Positions 27,842 through 39,140 of a DNA stretch of 64,000 nucleotides are shown here, in pieces; position 1 is the first letter of the stretch, and every line of letters starts with the position of its first letter. Both the position numbers and the translations under genes were made by a program. The notes below the pieces were generated by a model, which saw only the letters and a program-made list of their open reading frames with translations, had not been told where the DNA came from and ran no database searches. Location of the stretch: contig OZ024743.1 in NCBI GenBank assembly GCA_964016885.1, positions 212,474,001-212,538,000 on the forward strand, written 5' to 3'. This stretch comes from Eledone cirrhosa (Eukaryota).

Positions 27842-29175
27842 TTGCATTTTAAGTGCCATATCAAGTTTCAAAGAGAAGTTGAAGATTTTTTTATCAAATC
27901 TTCGGAAAGAAAAATTGTGGTTATTCCAGCGAAGTTTAAATTCTGTAGAAGTGGCACCGACATAGTTAAATATAATTCCACTAGTTTTAACTGTGCATTT
28001 GTAGACCACGTTTTTATCTAAACACTTATTTTGTAAAGGACAGTTTGATTTAATTTTACAGTTACATTTTGCGGAGTTATTGTTGCTCGGAACGGTACTA
28101 TTAGGTTGGATATTGCTAGAAATATTATTATTGCTATTTTGGTTATTTTGGTTAGGGTTTAAATTTAAGTTTCTATTATTAATTCTATTTATATTTTGTG
28201 CTATGTTCATAGTAGTAGAGTAGGATAGTTTTATAGTATGTTTGTTAAAGATTGAGTGGTATCTGTGAGCTTTAGGAAAACATTTATCTAGTGCTTTAAA
28301 GAATAGCTTTGCTAAAGGTGTTTTAACGCTTAATGAGAATGGGGGTGAATACCAAATAATATTTCTAGTTCTTCTGTTAGTTTTAGAGTTTAAGTTAAAT
28401 TGTTTATTATTATTACAATTAATAGTAGGGTGATTTGCCCTATTATTGTTGTCAATGTATTTAATCTTATTTATATACCCTGCTCTATTTAAAGCTTCAT
28501 TATAATATTCAGCCTTCTCATCAAAAATGTTTTTATTAGCGGAGATGCGTGAAATCCGTTGTTGGACACAATTGACAATAGTGTTCTTGATAGATCTAGG
28601 ATGATTAGAGTTAAAACTTACATAATTTAGATTCTCATTAATTTTATGGAATGGATAGTAGAGCCCTGTGCTAAAGTTTAATGTTACAGCTAAAAAGTTA
28701 ACGATTTTATAGTTATTCTCTATTTCTAACTTAAGGTTGTAGTTATTGAAGAATTGTATTATGGATTTTCTTTTCCTATTAATTTCACAATTACTATGAT
28801 TTTCAATTAAAAGCAGCATATCATCACGATATAAACCACCGGTCATCTCTGGTATTTTTCTATGCAATAAATAACCCCACAAGATCCGTTATTTGCGCCG
28901 AGTCAGATGATCCCATGGTGATGTCAAAATTATTTTTCCTATCGGCTCTTGTCCAGAAATGATAGTTGAATTCAATTAAAGTTTTCCGTGCGGTTAAAAT
29001 GATATGCATTTCTTCACTAGATAAATCTGTATGTTTAGATGCATAGATAAGAGCCTTATTAAGTAAACTAGGAGTAATAGAGGAGTAGTAGTTTGCAATA
29101 TCCATTTGAATGAATTTTTTGTTATGTTTAAATTTTATGTTATTGAACCAATCTATAATCTCATTACTCCAGGAA
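27840..29175 (-). mobile_element. AT-rich Penelope-like element (Naiad-like), RT plus GIY-YIG fragment
   Basis: DIANYYSSI, FDITMGSSDSAQITDLVG, GLYRDD, SNHP, RNIIWYSPPFS, CNCKIKSNCPL..KCL..NVVYKC..YVGAT..FKLRWNNH; interrupted at (TA)n. Confidence 0.88.
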
Positions 29176-29757
29176 ACTGATGAGTGCTCTAAATCGGAGT
29201 CTTTGGTCTGTTACGATTTGAAGACCTTTATTCAAATGGTCACTGGAGACTTGATAACAACAACAACAACTACACTGACGCAAAGAACACACACAGACAC
29301 ACACATACACACAGACACACAGACACACACACAGACACACAGGGACACACACACAGACACATACAGACACACAGACAGACACACTAACTCTTTGTCATTT
29401 TCTCATATATGCTGCATACACACACACACTCACACAAACAAAACACATTCTCACACAAGAGGAGACACACGCACATTCTCTCTCCCTCACACACACACTC
29501 ACACCTTTGTTTCTGTAGACTTTTGATAGACTTCATATGACTAAAATATCGGAAATAATCGATGACGTCCATCACCCGTGAGTGGTTTTAATCTTTTCAC
29601 TATTATCTCTTTATATGCATCTTTTATCTCCTACCTATTCCTGTCGACGGCTTGAGGTCATGCTGGAGCACTGCTATTGAATATATACAGTTTTTGGCTG
29701 TTCAGTTATAATGGGAAGAAGTGCTGAGTCCATGACACTTTTCAGGGCCTCCAGGTC

Positions 29758-32700
29758 TGATAGGAAGAGAGAGTGGGAGTTATCCCTGAAACACTGGAGA
29801 CCTGGCTTGATAGGAATAGAGGGTGGGAGTTATCCCTGAAACTGGAGACCTGGCTTGATAGGAAGAGAGAGTGGGAGTTATCCCTGAAACACTGGAGACC
29901 TGGTTTGATAGGAAGAGAGAGTGGGAGTTATCCCTGAAACACTGGAGACCTGGCTTGATAGGAAGAGATGTGGGAGTTATCCCTGAAACTGGAGACCTGG
30001 CTTGATAGGAAGAGAGGGTGGGAGTTATCCCTGAAACACTGGAGACCTGGCTTGATAGGAAGAGAGGGTGGGAGTTATCCCTGAAACACTGGAGACCTGG
30101 TTTGATAGGAAGAGAGGATGGGAGTTATCCCTGAAACACTGGAGACCTGGCTTGATAGGAAGAGAGGGTGGGAGTTATCCCTGAAACACTGGAGACCTGG
30201 CTTGATAGGAAGAGAGGGTGGGAGTTATCCCTGAAACTGGAGACCTGGCTTGATAGGAAGAGAGGGTGGGAGTTATCCCTGAAACTGGAGACCTGGCTTG
30301 ATAGGAAGAGAGGGTGGGAGTTATCCCTGAAACTGGAGACTTGGCTTGATAGGAAGAGAGGGTGGGAGTTATCCCTGAAACTGGAGACCTGGCTTGATAG
30401 GAAGAGAGGGTGGGAGTTATCCCTGAAACTGGAGACTTGGCTTGATAGGAAGGGAGGGTGGGAGTTATCCCTGAAACTGGAGACTTGGCTTGATAGGAAG
30501 AGAGGGTGGGAGTTATCCCTGAAACTCTGGAGATCTAGCTTGATAGGAAGAGAGGGTGGGAGTTATCCCTGAAACTGGAGACCTGGCTTGATAGGAAGAG
30601 AGGGTGGGAGTTATCCCTGAAACACTGGAGACTTGGCTTGATAGGAATAGAGGGTGGGAGTTATCCCTGAAACACTGGAGACTTGGCTTGATAGGAAGAG
30701 AGGGTGGGAGTTATCCCTGAAACTGGAGACCTGGCTTGATAGGAAGAGAGGGTGGGAGTTATCCCTGAAACTGGAGACCTGGCTTGATAGGAAGAGAGGG
30801 TGGGAGTTATCCCTGAAACACTGGAGACCTGGCTTGATAGGAAGAGAGGGTGGGAGTTATCCCTGAAACTGGAGACCTGGCTTGATAGGAAGAGAGAGTG
30901 GGAGTTATCCCTGAAACTGGAGACCTGGCTTGATAGGAAGAGAGGGTGGGAGTTATCCCTGAAACTCTGGAGACCTGGCTTGATAGGAAGAGAGGGTGGG
31001 AGTTATCCCTGAAACTGGAGACCTGGCTTGATAGGAAGAGAGGGTGGGAGTTATCCCTGAAACTGGAGACTTGGCTTGATAGGAAGAGAGGGTGGGAGTT
31101 ATCCCTGAAACTGGAGACTTGGCTTGATAGGAAGAGAGGGTGGGAGTTATCCCTGAAACTGGAGACCTGGCTTGATAGGAAGAGAGGGTGGGAGTTATCC
31201 CTGAAACTGGAGACTGGCTTGATAGGAAGAGAGGGTGGGAGTTATCCCTGAAACACTGGAGACTTGGCTTGATAGGAATAGAGGGTGGGAGTTATCCCTG
31301 AAACACTGGAGACTTGGCTTGATAGGAAGAGAGGGTGGGAGTTATCCCTGAAACTGGAGACCTGGCTTGATAGGAAGAGAGGGTGGGAGTTATCCCTGAA
31401 ACTGGAGACCTGGCTTGATAGGAAGAGAGGGTGGGAGTTATCCCTGAAACTGGAGACCTGGCTTGATAGGAAGAGAGAGTGGGAGTTATCCCTGAAACTG
31501 GAGACCTGGCTTGATAGGAAGAGAGGGTGGGAGTTATCCCTGAAACTCTGGAGACCTGGCTTGATAGGAAGAGAGGGTGGGAGTTATCTCTGAAACTGGA
31601 GACCTGGCTTGATAGGAAGAGAGGGTGGGAGTTATCCCTGAAACTGGAGACTTGGCTTGATAGGAAGAGAAGGTGGGAGTTATCCCTGAAACTGGAGACT
31701 TGGCTTGATAGGAAGAGAAGGTGGGAGTTATCCCTGAAACTGGAGACCTGGCTTGATAGAAAGAGAGGGTGGGAGTTATCCCTGAAACTCTGGAGACCTG
31801 GCTTGATAGGAAGAGAGGGTGGGAGTTATCCCTGAAACACTGGAGACCTGGTTTGATAGGAAGAGAGGGTGGGAGTTATCCCTGAAACACTGGAGACCTG
31901 GCTTGATAGGAAGAGAGGGTGGGAGTTATTCCTGAAACACTGGAGACCTCGCTTGATAGGAAGAGAGGGTGGGAGTTATCCCTGAAACTGGAGACCTGGC
32001 TTGATAGGAAGAGAGGGTGGGAGTTATCCCTGAAACTGGAGACCTGGCTTGATAGGAAGAGAGGGTGGGAGTTATCCCTGAAACTGGAGACCTGGCTTGA
32101 TAGGAAGAGAGGGTGGGAGTTATCCCTGAAACACTGGAGACCTGGCTTGATAGGAAGAGAGGGTGGGAGTTATCCCTGAAACTGGAGACCTGGCTTGATA
32201 GGAAGAGAGGGTGGGAGTTATCCCTGAAACACTGGAGACCTGGCTTGATAGGAAGAGAGGGTGGGAGTTATCCCTGAAACTCTGGAGACCTGGCTTGATA
32301 GGAAGAGAGAGTGGGAGATATCCCTGAAACTCTGGAGACCTGGCTTGATAGGAAGAGAGGGTGGGAGTTATCCCTGAAACTGGAGACCTGGCTTGATAGG
32401 AAGAGAGGGTGGGAGTTATCCCTGAAACTGGAGACCTGGCTTGATAGGAAGAGAGGGTGGGAGTTATCCCTGAAACACTGGAGACCTGGCTTGATAGGAA
32501 GAGAGGGTGGGAGTTATCCCTGAAACACTGGAGACCTGGCTTGATAGGAAGAGAGGGTGAGAGTTATCCTTGAAACTGGAGACCTGGCTTGATAGGAAGA
32601 GAGGGTGGGAGTTATCCCTGAAACACTGGAGACCTGGCTTGATAGGAAGAGAGGGTGGGAGTTATCCCTGAAACACTGGAGACTTGGCTTGATAGGAAGA

Positions 32701-35700
32701 GAGGGTGGGAGTTATCCCTGAAACACTGGAGACTTGGCTTGATAGGAAGAGAGGGTGGGAGTTATCCCTGAAACTGGAGACCTGGCTTGATAGGAAGAGA
32801 GGGTGGGAGTTATCCATGAAACACTGGAGACCTGGCTTGATAGGAAGAGAGGGTGGGAGTTATCCCTGAAACTGGAGACCTGGCTTGATAGGAAGAGAGG
32901 GTGGGAGTTATCCCTGAAACTGGAGACCTGGCTTGATAGGAAGAGAGGGTGGGAGTTATCCATGAAACACTGGAGACCTGGCTTGATAGGAAGAGAGGGT
33001 GGGAGTTATCCCTGAAACACTGGAGACCTGGCTTGATAGGAAGAGAGGGTGGGAGTTATCCCTGAAACTGGAGACCTGGCTTGATAGGAAGAGAGGGTGG
33101 GAGTTATCCCTGAAACTCTGGAGACCTGGCTTGATAGGAAGAGAGGGTGGGAGTTATCCCTGAAACACTGGAGACCTGGCTTGATAGGAAGAGAGGGTGG
33201 GAGTTATCCCTGAAACTCTGGAGATCTAGCTTGATAGGAAGAGAGGGTGGGAGTTATCCCTGAAACTGGAGACCTGGCTTGATAGGAAGAGAGGGTGGGA
33301 GTTATCCCTGAAACACTGGAGACTTGGCTTGATAGGAAGAGAGGGTGGGAGTTATCCCTGAAACTGGAGACCTGGCTTGATAGGAAGAGAGGGTGGGAGT
33401 TATCCCTGAAACTGGAGACCTGGCTTGATAGGAAGAGAGGGTGGGAGTTATCCCTGAAACACTGGAGACCTGGCTTGATAGGAAGAGAGGGTGGGAGTTA
33501 TCCCTGAAACTGGAGACCTGGCTTGATAGGAAGAGAGAGTGGGAGTTATCCCTGAAACTGGAGACCTGGCTTGATAGGAAGAGAGGGTGGGAGTTATCCC
33601 TGAAACTCTGGAGACCTGGCTTGATAGGAAGAGAGGGTGGGAGTTATCCCTGAAACTAGAGACCTGGCTTGATAGGAAGAGAGGGTGGGAGTTATCCCTG
33701 AAACTGGAGACTTGGCTTGATAGGAAGAGAGGGTGGGAGTTATCCCTGAAACTGGAGACTTGGCTTGATAGGAAGAGAGGGTGGGAGTTATCCCTGAAAC
33801 TGGAGACCTGGCTTGATAGGAAGAGAGGGTGGGAGTTATCCCTGAAACTGGAGACCTGGCTTGATAGGAAGAGATGGTGGGAGTTATCCCTGAAACACTG
33901 GAGACTTGGCTTGATAGGAATAGAGGGTGGGAGTTATCCCTGAAACACTGGAGACTTGGCTTGATAGGAAGAGAGGGTGTGAGTTATCCCTGAAACTGGA
34001 GACCTGGCTTGATAGGAAGAGAGGGTGGGAGTTATCCCTGAAACTGGAGACCTGGCTTGATAGGAAGAGAGGGTGGGAGTTATCCCTGAAACTGGAGACC
34101 TGGCTTGATAGGAAGAGAGAGTGGGAGTTATCCCTGAAACTGGAGACCTGGCTTGATAGGAAGAGAGGGTGGGAGTTATCCCTGAAACTCTGGAGACCTG
34201 GCTTGATAGGAAGAGAGGGTGGGAGTTATCCCTGAAACTGGAGACCTGGCTTGATAGGAAGAGAGGGTGGGAGTTATCCCTGAAACTGGAGACTTGGCTT
34301 GATAGGAAGAGAAGGTGGGAGTTATCCCTGAAACTGGAGACTTGGCTTGATAGGAAGAGAAGGTGGGAGTTATCCCTGAAACTGGAGACCTGGCTTGATA
34401 GAAAGAGAGGGTGGGAGTTATCCCTGAAACTCTGGAGACCTGTCTTGATAGGAAGAGAGGGTGGGAGTTATCCCTGAAACACTGGAGACCTGGTTTGATA
34501 GGAAGAGAGGGTGGGAGTTATCCCTGAAACACTGGAGACCTGGCTTGATAGAAAGAGAGGGTGGGAGTTATTCCTGAAACACTGGAGACCTCGCTTGATA
34601 GGAAGAGAGGGTGGGAGTTATCCCTGAAACTGGAGACCTGGCTTGATAGGAAGAGAGGGTGGGAGTTATCCCTGAAACTGGAGACCTGGCTTGATAGGAA
34701 GAGAGGGTGGGAGTTATCCCTGAAACTGGAGACCTGGCTTGATAGGAAGAGAGGGTGGGAGTTATCCCTGAAACACTGGAGACCTGGCTTGATAGGAAGA
34801 GAGGGTGGGAGTTATCCCTGAAACTGGAGACCTGGCTTGATAGGAAGAGAGGGTGGGAGTTATCCCTGAAACACTGGAGACCTGGCTTGATAGGAAGAGA
34901 GGGTGGGAGTTATCCCTGAAACTCTGGAGACCTGGCTTGATAGGAAGAGAGAGTGGGAGATATCCCTGAAACTCTGGAGACCTGGCTTGATAGGAAGAGA
35001 GGGTGGGAGTTATCCCTGAAACTGGAGACCTGGCTTGATAGGAAGAGAGGGTGGGAGTTATCCCTGAAACTGGAGACCTGGCTTGATAGGAAGAGAGGGT
35101 GGGAGTTATCCCTGAAACACTGGAGACCTGGCTTGATAGGAAGAGAGGGTGGGAGTTATCCCTGAAACACTGGAGACCTGGCTTGATAGGAAGAGAGGGT
35201 GAGAGTTATCCTTGAAACTGGAGACCTGGCTTGATAGGAAGAGAGGGTGGGAGTTATCCCTGAAACACTGGAGACCTGGCTTGATAGGAAGAGAGGGTGG
35301 GAGTTATCCCTGAAACACTGGAGACTTGGCTTGATAGGAAGAGAGGGTGGGAGTTATCCCTGAAACACTGGAGACTTGGCTTGATAGGAAGAGAGGGTGG
35401 GAGTTATCCCTGAAACTGGAGACCTGGCTTGATAGGAAGAGAGGGTGGGAGTTATCCATGAAACACTGGAGACCTGGCTTGATAGGAAGAGAGGGTGGGA
35501 GTTATCCCTGAAACACTGGAGACCTGGCTTGATAGGAAGAGAGGGTGGGAGTTATCCCTGAAACTGGAGACCTGGCTTGATAGGAAGAGAGGGTGGGAGT
35601 TATCCATGAAACACTGGAGACCTGGCTTGATAGGAAGAGAGGGTGGGAGTTATCCCTGAAACACTGGAGACCTGGCTTGATAGGAAGAGAGGGTGGGAGT

Positions 35701-36960
35701 TATCCCTGAAACTGGAGACCTGGCTTGATAGGAAGAGAGGGTGGGAGTTATCCCTGAAACTCTGGAGACCTGGCTTGATAGGAAGAGAGGGTGGGAGTTA
35801 TCCCTGAAACACTGGAGACCTGGCTTGATAGGAAGAGAGGGTGGGAGTTATCCCTGAAACTGGAGACCTGGCCTTGATAGGAAGAGAGGGTGGGAGTTAT
35901 CCCTGAAACTGGAGACCTGGCTTGATAGGAAGAGAGGGTGGGAGTTATCCCTGAAACTCTGGAGACCTGGCTTGATAGGAAGAGAGGGTGGGAGTTATCC
36001 CTGAAACTGGAGACCTGGTTTGATAGGAAGAGAGGGTGGGAGTTATCCCTGAAACTGGAGACCTGGTTTGATAGGAAGAGAGGGTGGGAGTTATCCCTGA
36101 AACTCTGGAGACCTGGCTTGATAGGAAGAGAGGGTGGAGTTATCCCTGAAACTGGAGACCTGGCTTGATAGGAAGAGAGGGTGGGAGTTATCCCTGAAAC
36201 TGGAGACCTGGCTTGATAGGAAGAGAGGGTGGGAGTTATCCCTGAAACACTGGAGACCTGGCTTGATAGGAAGAGAGGGTGGGAGTTATCCCTGAAACTC
36301 TGGAGACCTGGCTTGATAGGAATAGAGGGTTGGAGTTATCCCTGAAACACTGGAGACCTGGCTTGATAGGAAGAGAGGGTGGGAGTTATCCCTGAAACAC
36401 TGGAGACTTGGCTTGATAGGAAGAGAGGGTGGGAGTTATCCCTGAAACACTGGAGACTTGGCTTGATAGGAAGAGAGGGTGGGAGTTATCCCTGAAACTG
36501 GAGACTTGGCTTGATAGGAAGAGAGGGTGGGAGTTATCCCTGAAACACTGGAGACCTGGCTTGATAGGAAGAGAGGGTGGGAGTTATCCCTGAAACACTG
36601 GAGACTTGGCTTGATAGGAAGAGAGGGTGGGAGTTATCCCTGAAACTCTGGAGACTTGGCTTGATAGGAAGAGAGGGTGGGAGTTATCCCTGAAACTGGA
36701 GACTTGGCTTGATAGGAAGAGAGGGTGGGAGTTATCCCTGAAACACTGGAGACTTGGCTTGATAGGAAGAGAGGGTGGGAGTTATCCCTGAAACTGGAGA
36801 CCTGGCTTGATAGGAAGAGAGGGTGGGAGTTATCCCTGAAACACTGGAGACCTGGCTTGATAGGAAGAGAGGGTGGGAGTTATCCTTGAAACTCTGGAGA
36901 CCTGGCTTGATAGGAAGAGAGAGTGGGAGTTATCCCTGAAACACTGGAGACCTGGCTTGA
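29758..36960 (+). repeat. 7.2-kb minisatellite, 48/50-bp unit (~147 copies)
   Basis: Unit tgataggaagagagggtgggagttatccctgaaa(ca|ct|--)ctggagacctggct in unbroken tandem with no spacers. Confidence 0.97.
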
Positions 36961-37970
36961 ATATTTGCTACAGAGTGAATTCAAATCATATCCATCCGTC
37001 TTAAAAAAGGATACATTTGATAATGAGGCCTCAAGTGAACTATCTTTAGGGAAAAGTGTGATTGTCACGTCTAGAATGCATTTGATGATGGGTCTACGTG
37101 GTCAAGGCCTACATATCACTAAGGAACGAAAGTCAACAACAATAACAGCTGCAGCTGCATACGTATATATGTATGGTCCCTAATTCCTAATAGCGTCGGC
37201 GTTTCTTGGGCATTTTAAGTCTGGCGGAACCCATCTCTTTCCAGGCCTGAGTACAGCAGAATCGACCTCAGTACTAGACTGGTACTTTTTTATCGACCAC
37301 GAAAGGATGAAAGGCAAAGTTGACCTCGACAGGATTTGAACTCAGAGAGGAGAGAGGCAGAACGAATACCATAAAGCATTCTATCCGACGTTCTAGTGAC
37401 TCTGTCAATTCGTATATATACAAACATATAATATACACATAAAACTGCATAGCAGAAAAAGACGAGACCACTACTCCTTCAATGCTTAATGATATGTCTA
37501 CTTAGCCAGGAACTATCTAAGGCTAAACAACAGCAATAGCGACATTATCAGTATATACACATAGAAAGCATATCATGCACCTATACAGCAGGACAACATA
37601 GAACTGGATAATTTAAAAACATCAACAACAACAGGAATCAACTAGTTCTATATTTTCTTAAGTTCCTCGATCATTATAAAGGCAAACATGTAAAGGATTT
37701 AGTCAGATTAACAAATATGATTGCCTCCAAATAAGTAAGCTAGAAATGATTTGCTTCTCCGTCATTTTTGGCCATATTTAATCATTTATTGTGTTAATAA
37801 TTTGAAAATTTCTGTTGGGCCATGCAAATATTTAAAGTTTAACAATAACAATTTGAAAATAAGAATTTTAAAGTTCCTAGAAAAAATTAGCTTTTTCTGA
37901 AAAAGATTATAACCATAGCATGCTTCGAGTAACATAAGGACTGGGCAACATAAGGATAGGAAACCATCGG

Positions 37971-38053
37971 ATGAATACCATATTTGTGGTATTTTCACTA
38001 TTGATATTATTACAATTGATTGAACACTTGAAAGCTCACAACATTATGCATAG
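37971..38053 (+). CDS. Probable first coding exon (signal peptide) of the metalloprotease gene
   Basis: MNTIFVVFSLLILLQLIEHLKA-HNIMH is a hydrophobic signal-peptide pattern 0.9 kb upstream of the prodomain exon; donor and phase are imperfect (see findings). Confidence 0.5.
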
Positions 38054-38070
38054 TAGCCTCCACACCGCCA

Positions 38071-38785
38071 TCTTCTTCTTCTTCTTCTTCTTCTTCTTCT
38101 TCTTCTTCTTCTTCTTCTTCTTCTTCTTCTTCTTCTTCTTCTTCTTCTTCTTCTTCTTCTTCTTCTTCTTCTTCTTCTTCTTCTTCTTCTTCTTCTTCTT
38201 CTTCTTCCTGAGAGGGTCGTGGGAGCTGAGTCTCAATTACTCCTTCCAGCGGGTCTTGTCAGAAGTAACCTTCTCCAATTGATCCGGTTGGATCCCTAAG
38301 CGAGACAAGCTGAGCTCATGGATGTTATCGATCCATCTTGCTCGGAGTCTACCCCTGGGTCTCCTGCCGCTTGGTTTTGCCCGTAAAATATGTCCAGTGA
38401 TTCTTTCCTGAGGCATTCTAATCACATGTCTGTAGCATCGGATCTGTGATCTCTCAATTCGGAGGAGTTGCAGCAGCATACGTATATATGTATGGTCCCA
38501 TCACTCCTGATAGAGTTGGCGTTTCTTGGGCATTTTAAGTCTGGCGGAACCTAATAGTATCGGATCTGTGATCTCTCAATTCGGAGAAGTTGCAGCTCTA
38601 CCTGGAGTAACTATCTGATCTCCGAACTACGCACTCTATCGAGTAACGTTACTTCAGAAACCCTTTGGAGGAACCCCATTTCGGCCGCTTGTATTTGCGA
38701 TCGTATTCTTTCGGTCATTACCCAAGATTCATAACCATAGATAAAGGTTGGCGCAAATACCGAATTGAAGATAGCTAGTTTATCT
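38071..38785 (-). mobile_element. RTE-clade LINE 3' fragment with (GAA)n tail
   Basis: PTFIYGYESW...AAEMGFLQRV, QIRCYRHVIRM...RPRGRLRARWID; (TTC)n at 38071-38208. Confidence 0.88.
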
Positions 38786-38887
38786 TTTATATCTCCCCCC
38801 TTCTTATGATTACCGAATGATAACCATATTTCCACATTTCATTGATAATAGCATTTTCACTTTCTATTTTGTGTCATTGTTTTACAG

Positions 38888-39140
38888 ATTGGACATCAGC
38901 CGAATTCGAGAGAGACAAGGAAATCATGTGGAAACAATTCTACATATTCCTCTTGCCGAGTTAGAACTGACGGTAAAGCTAAAACATCCAGAACCGGTAT
39001 TACACAAAAGTGCCAGTGTCTCAGTTTCGGACGGCGTGGAAAATCAGCATTTTAAAGTGGAACCGAAGCATTGTTATTTGGTCGGTCATACCAACACTTT
39101 CCCTTCCGCCCACGTGCAATTGTGCCTAGCACCTAGGCTG
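38888..39140 (+). CDS. Reprolysin/ADAMTS-like metalloprotease, prodomain exon
   Basis: ttttacag acceptor; LDISRIR...LELTVKLKHPEPVLHKSASV...KHCYLVGHTNTFPSAHVQLCLAPRL matches the M12B propeptide pattern; phase-0 donor gtgaca. Confidence 0.75.

Noticed and set aside
26981-28882. 633-aa ORF as a single protein
   Set aside because: Chance read-through from a Penelope RT/GIY-YIG fragment across (TA)n into the 333-bp repeat of another element.
29177-29205. CTGATGA plus hairpin at the 5' break of the Naiad-like element
   Set aside because: No GAAA or UH follows; at most a truncated inverted terminal-repeat fragment.
29758-36960. CRISPR-like array, or repetitive protein WELSLKLETWLDRKRG
   Set aside because: No unique spacers and no cas genes in a eukaryotic context; the ORFs arise because 48 is divisible by 3 and break at every 50-bp unit.
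38036-38282. Poly-Phe and poly-Lys ORFs
   Set aside because: These are the (GAA)n tail of an RTE LINE.
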